Assembly: GCF_001194135.2 (NCBI RefSeq)
Contig: NC_068984.1
Span: forward strand, 138,653,487-138,708,995
Source: Octopus bimaculoides
Lineage: Eukaryota
Length of the DNA: 55,509 nucleotides
Direction of reading: 5' to 3'
Shown here: positions 25,170-37,234 of the stretch, in pieces
Position numbering within the stretch: position 1 is the stretch's first letter
Layout: each line of letters opens with the position of its first letter
Translations under genes and position numbers: made by a program
The notes under the pieces: generated by a model
What the model was told of the DNA's origin: nothing
The model's database searches: none
Seen by the model: the letters and a program-made list of their open reading frames with translations, nothing else

Positions 25170-25366
25170 GGAGAATTTACGAAAAAAACAACAGACGAAG
25201 ACAGGTGGTGTAAACAACAAATGGATGTATTAGTTTAACGCTCGGGAATAGAGAAAGTCTTTGACGTTTCGAGCCTACGCTCTTCAACTGAAAGGAACAC
25301 AGAAAGAAATAAGGAGAGAAACAAGGAGAAAAAAAATATAAATGTAGTGGTCAGCGATCTATCATG
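25169..25366 (-). mobile_element. PLE-derived short repeat with hammerhead-like motif (25259-25295)
   Basis: Minus strand reads cttt CAGTTGAA GAG cgtagg CTC GAAAC GTC aaag. Confidence 0.55.
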
Positions 25367-25579
25367 CATGTATATATATATACATACATATATTTCCAGC
25401 ATGGAAGGTGGATGTTAAACGACGATGATGATGATATATAAATGCTCTTTATTTACTAGTTTTTTCCAGATATTTTTTTATGGTCAATTTTGAACACCAG
25501 TTGTTATATTTCTCAAGCATAAAGTGATTTTTCCCTTAAAAACCAAAGCATTTAGTGTTTTCCCTTTAAGATAATATTC

Positions 25580-25632
<53 letters not shown>

Positions 25633-26632
25633 CTCTCTCTCTTTCTCTCTCTCTCATTAAATAAGTTCGAGAAAATACCATTACATTGGCTTCTGTCTCA
25701 GCAGTATATTGAACTTATTGACTGAGAAATATTACTGATTTTTTGCCTTTGTTTTAATTTGCTGTATATCATACCATGTTTCTTCTTAACTTTTGAAGAC
25801 CATCAAAACTCACATCCCTTAGACACTGACAGAACTTCTCAAAGAGTATCATCAACAAGAGATACAACCAGTCCTCTAACCTATTCTATGTCTTCTGTGT
25901 GCCTTCATGAGCAAGGTTGTTATGGATGTGGTGGTATTTCATTGTTACAAATGCTAGTGCTACCCTACCTGTTGCAGTAGTTTGAAGATTTTTGAATCTT
26001 GAGTTACACTAGAAGAGTCTTGACTTGCACCAGACTTGGATTATATTGAGGAATGGTTGTGCTGGGTTAGCATCTCTACTCTCTTGTCTCTGATTTCCTG
26101 ATCCAGTAGGAAGACACTGCTAAGATTGTAGGTGCATATTTTGAGCTTTCCTTATGAAAAACTCCTTAAACGGTTTCTTTATTTTCACGCTGCATTAAGG
26201 CAACCACATTGTTTCACAGTTGTGGCTGTTTGGAGCTCTGCAATTGCTCCAGATCAATTATGAATGAATCAGTGATAAATGATTTGGGATCAGTGGTGAA
26301 TGAATCACTAATCCCAGAACAGTGGTGAACGAGTTACAGATAAATCATGTTGATGACACAAGATTTCTATGATACAGAGCTTGACCTTAACATTCCAAAA
26401 CTTGAATTACTAATATCAGAGTACCTTCTTACTCCCTTAAGGAGTAAAACAGAAATAAATACAGCTGGCACTAGGTTTCAGTGCAATCTTGTAGCTTGCC
26501 AGATCCTGTCAACACATCCAACCCATGCCAGCATAGAAAAAAAGACATAAAATGATAAGGATGATGATATATATATATATATATATATATAGGTGTGTGA
26601 GAGAGTTGGAATGTGAAAGCACATGGTTGGAT

Positions 26633-26963
26633 GTATAAAAAACAGAACTGAATGAAAAAAACTACAGAAAATTTGTATTATATGGTTAAAAAGTATATTA
26701 AAATCATTGTTAGGAAAATGACATAAAATTTTGTGTACAGTGACATTGTCTTGGGAGAAATAAACCAGTTTCATATTTTCTTTTTAAATTTTTAAAATTC
26801 CTTTATCGTTGTTGTGTCATGTATTCGTTATGGTGTGTACATCACACCATAACGAATGGATATCACTATATATAAAATTTATATCATTTTCCTAGCATGA
26901 CGATTTTAATGTTTTTTAACCATATAATACAAATCTTCTGTAGTTTTTTTCATTCTATTTTAT

Positions 26964-26968
<5 letters not shown>
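26633..26968. repeat. Fold-back element: about 100-bp inverted arms with a central perfect 15-bp hairpin
   Basis: Arms about 26633-26735 and 26868-26968; the ORF track shows FNHIIQIFCSFFHS on both strands. attcgttatggtgtg-tacat-cacaccataacgaat at 26823-26857. Confidence 0.85.
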
Positions 26969-27013
<45 letters not shown>

Positions 27014-27226
27014 TATATTTGTTTATATTGTATTTTATTTTCATTTGATTTTGTTTTACCATCTTTTTCTGTTATGTCTAATTGCTATTGTCATTTCTGT
27101 CTTTCTGTGTTAACTCTCGTTGAAAGATATTTCTCTACAACACTTCTCCCTTATAATTTTGTATATTTCTTGTTTTCACTCTGATCTGTATATTTTGCTA
27201 TGTTTAATTACTTTTGCACACTTTTC

Positions 27227-27281
<55 letters not shown>

Positions 27282-27436
27282 TCTGTTACAATTTTGCTTA
27301 AACATAGCAAAAGTAATAACCAGTTCTTAGAACTTAATTTACATGCATTTTAGAGTGTAGCATTAGGCAAATACAAAGCATAACATTAATTATTGAATGA
27401 CAAGGGAACAAACAAGAATCACATGATCAACTTCAT

Positions 27437-27488
27437 TAGCTTACAGCTGTTTCTGCTATAGCAATATACTATAGCTTCTTCAGAACCA
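27437..27488 (-). ncRNA. Type-I hammerhead ribozyme motif with intact core, antisense to MITF
   Basis: Minus strand: UGGUU CUGAAGA A GCUAUAG uauauug CUAUAGC A GAAA C AGCU GUA / AGCUA. 7-bp stem II, palindromic stem III ACAGCUGU, 5-bp stem I with two G-U pairs. Confidence 0.7.
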
Positions 27489-27500
27489 TTAACATGAAGT

Positions 27501-27537
<37 letters not shown>

Positions 27538-27547
27538 NNNNNNNNNN

Positions 27548-27583
<36 letters not shown>

Positions 27584-27871
27584 TCAATGGGTTTAAAGTC
27601 TGAAGAAATGCTGTAATGTTAAATGCTTTATGGACACCCAGCGTAACCCCATAAAGCTGCCATATCTATCGTTATCTATATACTCTACTGCATTATAACT
27701 TAGAATTTGCTTCTTTTTCAGATTTATAACTTATTAATGATTATATATATATATAGATTAAATAATCATAGTGATATTGCTAATCCAGCTATAATCCATT
27801 TGTAAACAGTTTAAATGTTTATCCATTTCATAGCATCTCATGAATTCTTTCGTTTTAAAACTATTTTCCAG

Positions 27872-28132
27872 GTCAAGACTCAACTTGAACATCCTACAAA
27901 ATACCATATTCAGCAGAAGCAAAACCAGCAAATTCAGCTGTTCTTACATGAAAAGCAAGTATCTGGATCCACAAGTGTTCCAGGAAATACACAGTCCATG
28001 CCCAATATGGTGGCACTTCAGGGTACCAATATTACCGATCAGAGTGACGTACTCCACACAGCCAGTGCTCCTTTGACTAACCCAGACAGTCCTTTACCTT
28101 TACCAGCTGTAGCAAATCCTGCTCCCACAGAT
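27872..28132 (+). CDS. MITF: MITF/TFE exon: conserved N-terminal domain ([25 protein letters not shown]...NPDSPL...PTD), 87 aa
   Basis: Matches MITF [25 protein letters not shown]; ttttccAG acceptor, GAT|GTGAGT donor, phase 0/0. Confidence 0.96.
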
Positions 28133-28179
28133 GTGAGTTTTTGTTTATTTATTTATGTTCTATGAATGCTAAATATATT

Positions 28180-28410
28180 TTAACCTTGTGGTATTTAAAT
28201 CGACCAGATCTGGCCTAAATATTTCACCTGTTCTTTTTTGTTCAAACTAACCAGATCTGGCCTCTTAAACCGGTCTTAAAAGGTCATTCTAAAAATAAAC
28301 AATTACACCATTGAAATCTCAAAGACATAAGATAATGCATAATTAATTCAAAATCACGTGAAGAAATAAACATTGCATATGATAAAGTAATCTCAGTACT
28401 AAAGGGTTAA
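28180..28410. mobile_element. piggyBac-type MITE family E, 47 nt downstream of the exon donor
   Basis: TTAA-CC...ACTAAAGGG-TTAA; internal sequence shared with copies at 31710 and 45944. Confidence 0.75.
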
Positions 28411-29066
28411 AACAAGTTATAAGAGAGCATTTATTGACATTAGTATGCATATATATATATATTAATATTATAATATAAATAAGGATGAGATCGATATTTA
28501 AAGGCGGTGCTCCAGCATGGCCGCAGTCAAATGACTGAAACAAGTAAAAGAGTAAAAGAGAAGGGTCAGTGGCAGGAAGAGCATTCAGCCATAACAAATA
28601 TTGCCTCGAATAAATGTCTTTCCAACCCATGCCAGCATCGAAAAACAGACACTAAACAAATGAAACATATTCTTGTACTTTGAAAAGGACAACTTTTACA
28701 CATACGACAAATGTGTGTATGTGTGTATGCATTGCTTCTCCAGAAGTCATATTTTTTGCTGAGGGCCAAGATTAAGATTAGGGGTTAAGCTTCCAACACT
28801 TCTGTACTGACATCTTGAGTATGTTAATCCCATTTCAGCTGCGGAATTTAATTTTCTTTTTAAGAAGTACTGTAATTAGCTATTCATTCGTAGTTGTGTG
28901 CATGAGCAGGGTGTTTATTTATTTATTTATATATTTATTTGTTTTGTTCTTTGTTGTCTCTGATTGGTCCATTTGAATATGTCTGTTAATTGGTGGGGAG
29001 GGGGGATTTCTTTTCATGTGGGAGTCTGAGATGACTGTTGAGTCGTTATTGTTATCTTTATATCTC

Positions 29067-29097
29067 CTTCTTCTTCTTCTTCTTCTTATTATTATTA

Positions 29098-29129
<32 letters not shown>

Positions 29130-29168
29130 CTTATTATTATTCTTATTATTATTCTTCTTCTTCTTCTT

Positions 29169-29243
<75 letters not shown>
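29067..29243. repeat. Compound (CTT)n/(ATT)n triplet microsatellite
   Basis: Direct reading; source of the poly-I/R/L/F ORFs. Confidence 0.95.
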
Positions 29244-29244
<1 letters not shown>

Positions 29245-31451
29245 TTAAGAGGGAAGTGGAATTGCAGTTGTTTATCACCTTAAGATTTTTTTAATTCAAT
29301 TCAATAGGTTGTGTCCTTTATAATTTCTTTTGACATCATGGTGGAAAGTGGAAGAGTACCTTAGGTCTAATGGGTGGTGGTGGGGAGAACTGCCGGATTG
29401 AAGAGTGTTCTATTGTTACACTAGAGACATTTAACTGTTGAATGCCATAAGAATAGAATGAAAGCAGATGTTGTATTCTATGTGTGTGTGAATGTATTCA
29501 TCTTGGATTATCTATCTGTGTATGTGGTGGGTGAATGTTTATGGTATTAAGACTACAGGAGTGGACTAAGCCTGCAGTAAATTGTTCAAAATTTCTGAGT
29601 GTTTAATGGAATAGATTAGGAAGTAGAATTAATAGTAATAATTGTAGATTCAGTGTAATCCAACTATAAGCATCTACAAATGAGAGGGCCTGTGTCCGTA
29701 TTATTAGATTTAATGGCAACACCAAAAGACATGTGACCAAATATTTTTCATTAAATATCTTTTCTATCATTTACGAAGGTTCATAGTTTACTACACAAAA
29801 GGAAAGGTTCTTTAAAATGATCAGCAGTGTATGTTACATGAGTTATTTTCTAGGCCTTGAATGCCATGAAAGATAGCTCAATAGAGAATTTCCCTCAATG
29901 CCAAGCCAGAATTCAAATAAAACAATACAGAAACCTTCTAGTATGTAATTAATTTATTCTCGGATATATTCCAATATAATGGCTATATCATGATATGGTT
30001 TAGTGCTTAGTTAAAACTTAGATTTGATAGCTCTTCATTACTTGTAAAGTCAGTATGCTTTCCTAAATAAATCTCAACCGCAGTGAAGTGAACATGTAAT
30101 GTACATGCCCAATTCCAGGTTCCCTTAACAAATTTTCATTGGTGATCTAGCAGTTGGCTCTTGGTCACATGGTGCACCAAAGAAGAAATACAAAGGACAC
30201 ACTCAAAACGACTTTAAATTAGTGTAACTTAGAACGGCCTACCTGGGAACATCTTGGCTCAAGGCCACCCACTGTGTTGTAGTGGTGTGTACTCTTGGAG
30301 TACAGAACTCAGAATCAGAAATGATTAGAGAACCTAAAGAGAGGAGGGCTGCAGGGAAGGCAAGAGCCCCACTGAGTTCTGATTTTGCTGTTACGTGTAA
30401 CCCATTGTAACCTTGGACTTTATGCCAACATTGGCTTAATAAGCCACCTCAGGACCCACAAAGTGCAAAGCTGGTAACCTGGTCATCTTCAGATACATGA
30501 AGGACATTTCATCATTAATAGGAAAAGAAATATATCAAATATGCTGAAAGTATCTNNNNNNNNNNGGGGGGGGTTACACTTAACGAAAAGAAGCATGGTC
30601 TTGAGAGCTAAGATTTCTGTATGAACTGCTTGTAGCCTTTGAAGAAATACAAGAATGCATTGAATTAATTGCACAGTTGTATGGCATCGTCAAATTAATA
30701 GAAGAAATATCAGCTCTGCATCTGTAATGTGTTGAATGCCTTCTTAAATAATGGTCTACTCAATCAGTGATTGAGATATACGTCTAATACATGGTATATC
30801 ATACAATTGTGTATATTCATTGATAGATAAAAGTATTAATCTGTGTGCAATACATTTACCATCGGTGGAGATGTTGAGAAGCTGAAAAATGTAGTTTGAG
30901 GAAGATTAAATTATTACTAAGAAAGGAATTAAATGTTTACAACATCTGGCTAGCTGTATTTACTAAGAGAACTCGGAATAGCTAATCATATTTGTATCAG
31001 CTGGCTTATTTGTCTGATAGCATAAATATTATGATGTTGGGGACTTGCTACTTAGTAAATATAGAAATTATGATTGAAGTATAGTCATTGGGGAAATAAC
31101 TGAAAACTTGATCAAAGAAGCTTAAATGTTTTAAAACAAGTTTTTAACTTAGAGATATTCAGATTATCTGTCCATTAAAGATATTACTATTGACATTAAT
31201 AAGTTTACTTTTCAGCAAATCAGAATAAATATTCATAAATGATGTATCAATTTTCTTTGTACATCAGTAAATAACATTATTTCCTATAATTTCTTCTTTG
31301 GTAGGTTGAGTATTTTTTTAATATTCAGATTTTTTACATAGACTTCCATAGTATTTTTTCTTTTTCCTTTCCGCATACCTTTTCCTATTTAAACGTGCCA
31401 TACCCAAAAAGACTTTCTGTATTTATTCTGAATTTAGAAAAATTGTATGTA

Positions 31452-31702
31452 CGGCTGGCTTGTGCGGGTGGCACATAAAAGACACCATTTCGAGCGTGGC
31501 CGTTTTCGTGCGGGTGACACGTAAAAGCACCCACTACACTCTCTGAGTGGTTGGCGTTAGGAAGGGCATCCAGCTGTAGAAACTCTGCCAAATCAGACTG
31601 GAGCCTGGTGTTGCCATCCGGTTTCACCAGTCCTCAGTCAAATCGTCCAACCCATGCTAGCATGGAAAGCGGACGTTAAACGATGATGATGATGATGATG
31701 AT
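31452..31702 (+). mobile_element. Young family C repeat with (GAT)n tail
   Basis: Nearly identical to the reverse copy at 23772-24010. Confidence 0.85.
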
Positions 31703-31709
31703 CTACACA

Positions 31710-31938
31710 TTAACCCTTTAGCATTCAAACCAGTCATATCCAGCCCAAATATTCTACCTGTTTTATGTTCAATCTAGCCAGATGCAGCCTCTTGCATCTG
31801 TCCGACAATATCATTCCTAAAGTGAAGAACCACATCACAAAAAATCTCACAGCTATGAGATAATACACAGCTAATCCAAAACAATATGGATAAATAGGTA
31901 TTAGATTTGACAGAATAATCTGAACACTAAAGGGTTAA
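31710..31938. mobile_element. piggyBac-type MITE family E
   Basis: TTAA-CCCTTTAGCATTC...AACACTAAAGGG-TTAA. Confidence 0.85.
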
Positions 31939-32270
31939 GGACTTCAGATCCCTCTTTTTCTCTTCATTTTCCATCCATTCAAGCATTTTTTGATAATGAG
32001 TCTCCAGTGCTCTTTGCTTGTTTAAAGACTTTGAAATTCATTCATTTTTTCTACTTATAAGAGGTAAAATTTATTCAAATTTCAAAAACGAGAAACAAAA
32101 GTTGGAGAAGAATAGAGCTACAAGAATAAATAAATAAATAAATGAAATAAAACACTACAATAAAAATATTTTTCATGTTAATTTAAATAATAGAAAGGAT
32201 TAAAATAAATGAAAAAAACAAAAATGAACAAATTTATCTGACAAGCCAATATATATATGCTTTGGACATC

Positions 32271-32681
32271 TTAACTCTCTAACATTCAGATTCTTTCAAA
32301 CATAATACTTATTTATTTACATCGTTTTGAATTAATCATGCTTTATCTCATGGCTTCATGATTTCGAATAATTTATTAGGGTAGGGGTGAGAGGCTGGTT
32401 CTAGCCAGATTGAACATAAAACGGACTGAATATTTTGGCTAGATATGGCCTGTTTATCCTTCTAGCATTTAATCCAGCCATAACCAGCTCAAATATTCTG
32501 CTTGTTTAATGTTAAAACTGGCCACATTCAGTCTGTCACACTTAACCTACAATATCATTCTAAAAATAAGCATCACATCATGAAAATCTCAATGCTACAA
32601 AATAATTCATGATTAATTCTAAACAATGTGAAAAAAATAAGCATTATATTTGATAAAATAATCTGAATACCAAAGGGTTAA
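32271..32681. mobile_element. Two family E MITEs fused head-to-head (junction about 32455)
   Basis: The left half is the reverse complement of the MITE body, the right half is forward; TTAA at both outer ends. Confidence 0.7.
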
Positions 32682-32915
32682 ATGGTGATGGGTTAAGCAT
32701 TCTTCTAAAGAACCATATTTCCTGCCACGTTGATAAGTTTTTTTTTTCACTCTATTATCTTGGAGGTAGCAAAACTATTCATTAACACTTTTGCTTTTAA
32801 AACTCAAATAAAATTTTACACTTAGAGCTGCAATATCTTAGCAATGCTGGTACTAAGAACTAATTCAATATAATGATTCCAAAATGTTAGTCCCAAACTG
32901 GGTAAAATATATATA

Positions 32916-33101
32916 GGGAGAATTAACGAAAAAACAACAGACGAAGACAGGTGGTGTAAACAACAAATGGATGTATTAGTATAACGCCCAGGAATAGAGA
33001 AAGTCCTTAACGTTTCGAGCCTATGCTCCTTCCACAGAAAGGAACACAGAAAGAAACAAGGAGAGAAAAAAAATATGTGTAGTGGTCAGCGATCTATCAT
33101 G
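32916..33101 (-). mobile_element. PLE-derived short repeat, third copy
   Basis: Near-identical to 25169-25366; minus strand ctttCTGTGGAAGGAGcataggCTCGAAACGTTaagg. Confidence 0.6.
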
Positions 33102-33156
33102 GCACTCCTTTATTCTATCATTTCCCTAATTTATACTCTTCACATTTTCCATATTT

Positions 33157-33212
33157 GTCTCCAATGATGAGATATCCCATATTTTGCAATATCCCAGAAA
33201 CAGCTGTCAGGC
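33157..33212 (+). ncRNA. Degenerate hammerhead motif (core CCAAUGA)
   Basis: GUCU CCAAUGA UGAGAUAU...AUAUCCCA GAAA C AGCU GUC / AGGC; same family as 42779-42826. Confidence 0.45.
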
Positions 33213-35028
33213 TTAAATTTTTTTAATAATAATAACGTATATGATTTGTGATGTTTGTCTTGCCCTAGCGTTTGTTGGTTGTCCTCTTTAGCAAAGATAT
33301 TCATTACTAAATGTTAACTACGCAATAAGAAGTAGTAATTTGAACTGGTTTTGGGCAATTTAAAATTTCATGGCAGAAATATGCGAATGTATTAAGTTGA
33401 AGTATTTGCTTACATTCATATATTTATGTGCTTTGGTTTTATGTGACCATAACAATTATTGTGTGTTGCGTATTTCCAAGAATTTAGAAATTATCATTTG
33501 GTAAAATATTTTTATTGCCATTAATAGAAAATAGCCTATTCTTTGACAATGAGTGATGGTTCAATTGTAGATCACGAGATTCGTTTTATGAATTAACCAA
33601 CTTTTGGTAATACAAGAGCAGTATGGTAATATTAAAATACCATCAATAGGTATTCTTTGCATTTAGATTCTTTGTATTTTGGTGACTCAGAATCCAAATA
33701 TTGTTAAATTTGAACTGTTTTTCTGTGTTTGAATAGAACAACACAGTAATGTGAGTATTACTTCACCTTGAAAGTTGAGTTCATAAGGAATAACAAAATC
33801 TTCGAAATAGAGTTAAATCTAAAAAATATTGCAAAAAAAAAAAAAAAAAGAAGAGAAACAACAAAGCATTTGAGAATCTTTGCTGTTTAAGTGCATTTAT
33901 ATTGTGGCATTAGGGGATACAAATAGAAGTTTCATTGAACATATGAGTTTAAATTCTTGTATTAATATAAGCATATAAAGAGTAACATTTTTGAGTTCAC
34001 TCAAGAAAACTGCCTATTGATACAGAGCAGAATTGGTATTTTAATTTAAAGTACAATATCTATTTATAGCTTTGTAATAGAATGTTGTTCCAATGAGGGA
34101 ACTGTTGATCTTTGATCACTAGCCCTTCTCTAAGGGTTTATTTAAATAAAAATGTTCTTGTGATAGACGAGTTCTAAATTTTGGTTAATTTTCAATGTAT
34201 GTTTGTGTCTCCTTGTCTGAACATTGAGTAATAGTTGTAAATGAGTGTCACTGTCATACAAGCGGTGTCATGCATTCATTTCCAACATTCTATAAAAAAA
34301 AATGTCTGACTATGGGGAATTATTAGCTTGCTTTGGAAACAGGCAAGGACTGACAGAAGAAAGGGCATCCAGCCATAGATTATTTGCCTCAATAAACTCC
34401 ATCTGACCCATGCAAGCATAGAAATATGAACATTAAAAATGATGATTACAATCTACATCAAGTGCCGCTGTGGTGGGGAACAAACACACACACATACAAT
34501 GAGCTTCCACACAGTTTCCATCTACCAAATTCACTCTTATACCATTGGTCAAAGACAGTACAGGACACTTGCCCAATGTGTCACACAGTTTTATTTTAAA
34601 TCTGGTGCTTATTCTATCGATCTCTTTTGCCAAACCAGTAAGTTACAGGGATGTAAACAAACCAGCACCAGTTGTCAAGTGGTGTTGCATACCTACATAC
34701 ATAGATGTATGTGTATCTTTTCAGCATGCTTTGTCTGCAAAACAGTAAAGGCCTTTTCCATTTTTTTCACTTCATCATATTTTAAACGATATACAGTTTT
34801 CTTCCACCAAATCCACTTACAAGACATTGATTGCCCAAGGGCAATAACAGAAGACATTTGCCCAAGGTACCATACAGTGGGACTGAACTTAAAACCATGT
34901 AGTTGCCAAGCAAGCTGCTTTACCTCAGTCATGCCTAGTAAAGAAATTATGAACAATATCTTAGAATATTGTTTTCATCTTCTTTATTTGCTTATTAATT
35001 CATTTATTTTATTGAACTTTATTTTTAG

Positions 35029-35133
35029 ATGGACAATATTTTTCCTGAAGGAATCAGTCTAGAATCTGTTGATGCTACTATAGATAATGACTTGAATCTT
35101 ATTGAGCCAACTCTTACACAATTAACATCAACG
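35029..35133 (+). CDS. MITF: MITF/TFE exon: acidic activation-domain region (MDNIFPEGISLESVDATIDNDLNLIEPTLTQLTST)
   Basis: Aligns to MITF [32 protein letters not shown]; tttttAG acceptor, ACG|GTAAGG donor, phase 0/0. Confidence 0.93.
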
Positions 35134-35189
35134 GTAAGGATCTATTCTTTCCTAAAACCTCTCTTGTATTCAGTAATCATTGTGTGTGC

Positions 35190-35229
<40 letters not shown>

Positions 35230-37187
35230 TCACCTATATATGTATTCTCTGTTTTTGTATTGAAGTATTCATAATGTCTCTTATATATGTCACTTTTAAA
35301 TCTTCATATTTCTTACCATATCTGTTTTTCATTTTCTACATTACATTTCAGAAAAAAAGTTATTTTGCACAAATAATTATCCTCCTGCTCCCCATCCCCT
35401 ACTAGCTACTGCTATATCTTTTTGTTGAAATAACTACACCCATTGATTACAAACTGGCTAATATTTCTGTTTCGCAATCTTACTGGCATTTTACATAAAT
35501 ATATGCACAGACAAAATAAGCACAAATGGCACAGTGAGGAATAAGAGATGGACAGATGGATAAAGTGAGTGATTACATTAAGCTGACAAAAATTTAGATA
35601 GTGATGGACAAAATGTAAACAAATACACACACACACACAAAATAATGAAGTTATGTACAGGGAATTGTATACTGAATAGATGAAAAAGAAAAGAAGTCAA
35701 CAGACATTTTGGGTGAACCCTTTATCAAACTAGAATAAGAAGCATGATGACAGAAAGGAAAGGAATGATACATCAAAAAAACACCTTTGTTTTATACATA
35801 TGTGTCCTTTTATGCATATGTATAAATTCAGGTGATGTGTAGTGTAGTGGGTTATTTGAAAATAATCATATTGGAATGTTATATAGCTTTTAGTTTACAT
35901 TTTAATTTATAAATTCGTTTAGTGGTTTATTGAAGCATCTTCATTATGGTATTGGTTCAATGAGTGTTTTTATCTTTCTTCTTTGATATGTATTGTTGTT
36001 TTGCTAAGAGATTTGCATTAAGTATTTTGCTTCCAAGACACCAATAGATGATTTTTATGTTATGTAGTATATCCATTGGAAGGCAGCCAAATGGAAGTAT
36101 ATGAATTAAATAAGCTAATAAGAAACTCTTGTTAGTTATATAGTACTCCAACTGCTTCTCAGAGGAGTTATGTAGATATGGCATCTTTTCACAACAATGT
36201 GACTGTATTGTGTGTGTGTGTGTGTATCTTCACATTGACACCACTTCAACAGTGATGTCTGTTTATATTCCACGTAAACAGTATATAGATAGAAAGGTAA
36301 ATAGATAGATTCATATAATTATATAATGTGATGTGAATTTAAATTGCATGAAAAGTTAACAATATTTAGAATTTCGTGAGTGTTCCTGTATAACCAATGA
36401 AAATTTGTGAGCAAGGCTCATTTTATAGTCTGAGCTTCACTTAGGTGGACTTTAAAATTGTGTAGGTCAACCTAATTTAACAGTCATTCCAGTAACTAAT
36501 ATAAAAATGCTGTTGAAAGACGATTATGAATACTAAAGATTACTAATGGAAGTTACACATTCTCTGAAGATTTGATGATGCAGTCAGCTTATAGAATTTC
36601 CTTATGTAACTGATGTATATTTATTGTCGATGAAATGTATGTAAGATGATGTAAACGAGTATTTTGCTTTGTTTTGCTTTATAATACATGCATACATACA
36701 TACATACATGCATACATACATACGTATGTGTGTGATGTAGGTGTATATGTTTGTATATACATATATATGTATATGTAAATTTGCATGTGTATATGTATAT
36801 ATGTGTGTGTGTGTGTTTATGTGTATATGTATGCATATATGTATACATTTATATGTATATATGCACACATACATACATATATACATGAGAGAAAGAGAGG
36901 GCATGCAAACATATAATTTATACATGTGTGTAAGTATGTGTTGATTATTATAGCAAATGGATGGCTATTTAGTTATAGTTGCCTTAATAATGAATGGTGT
37001 TTAAAGAAAAACAAAACAAAACAAAACCAAGTAAAACACATTGAAATATAAAGATATCTTAATTGTTTGTAGCTATTATAGTTTTCTGTTCTCAATGTAT
37101 TTTATTGTGTGCATATAGGTACGAATGCTCACAAACCTCTGTGTGCATACGTACATATGTATGTTTATCTATGTATATGTATGTATG

Positions 37188-37234
<47 letters not shown>

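Noticed and set aside
26347-26550. ORF MLMTQDFYDTELDLNIPKLELL... as a further first exon
   Set aside because: No convincing phase-0 donor, and the ORF runs into a repeat tail.
28919-29294. Poly-Arg/Ile/Leu/Phe ORFs
   Set aside because: Triplet microsatellite translations.
29290-30530. Possible decayed minus-strand LINE (QHLLSFYSYGIQQLN-like stretch)
   Set aside because: Similarity is too weak to support without a profile search.
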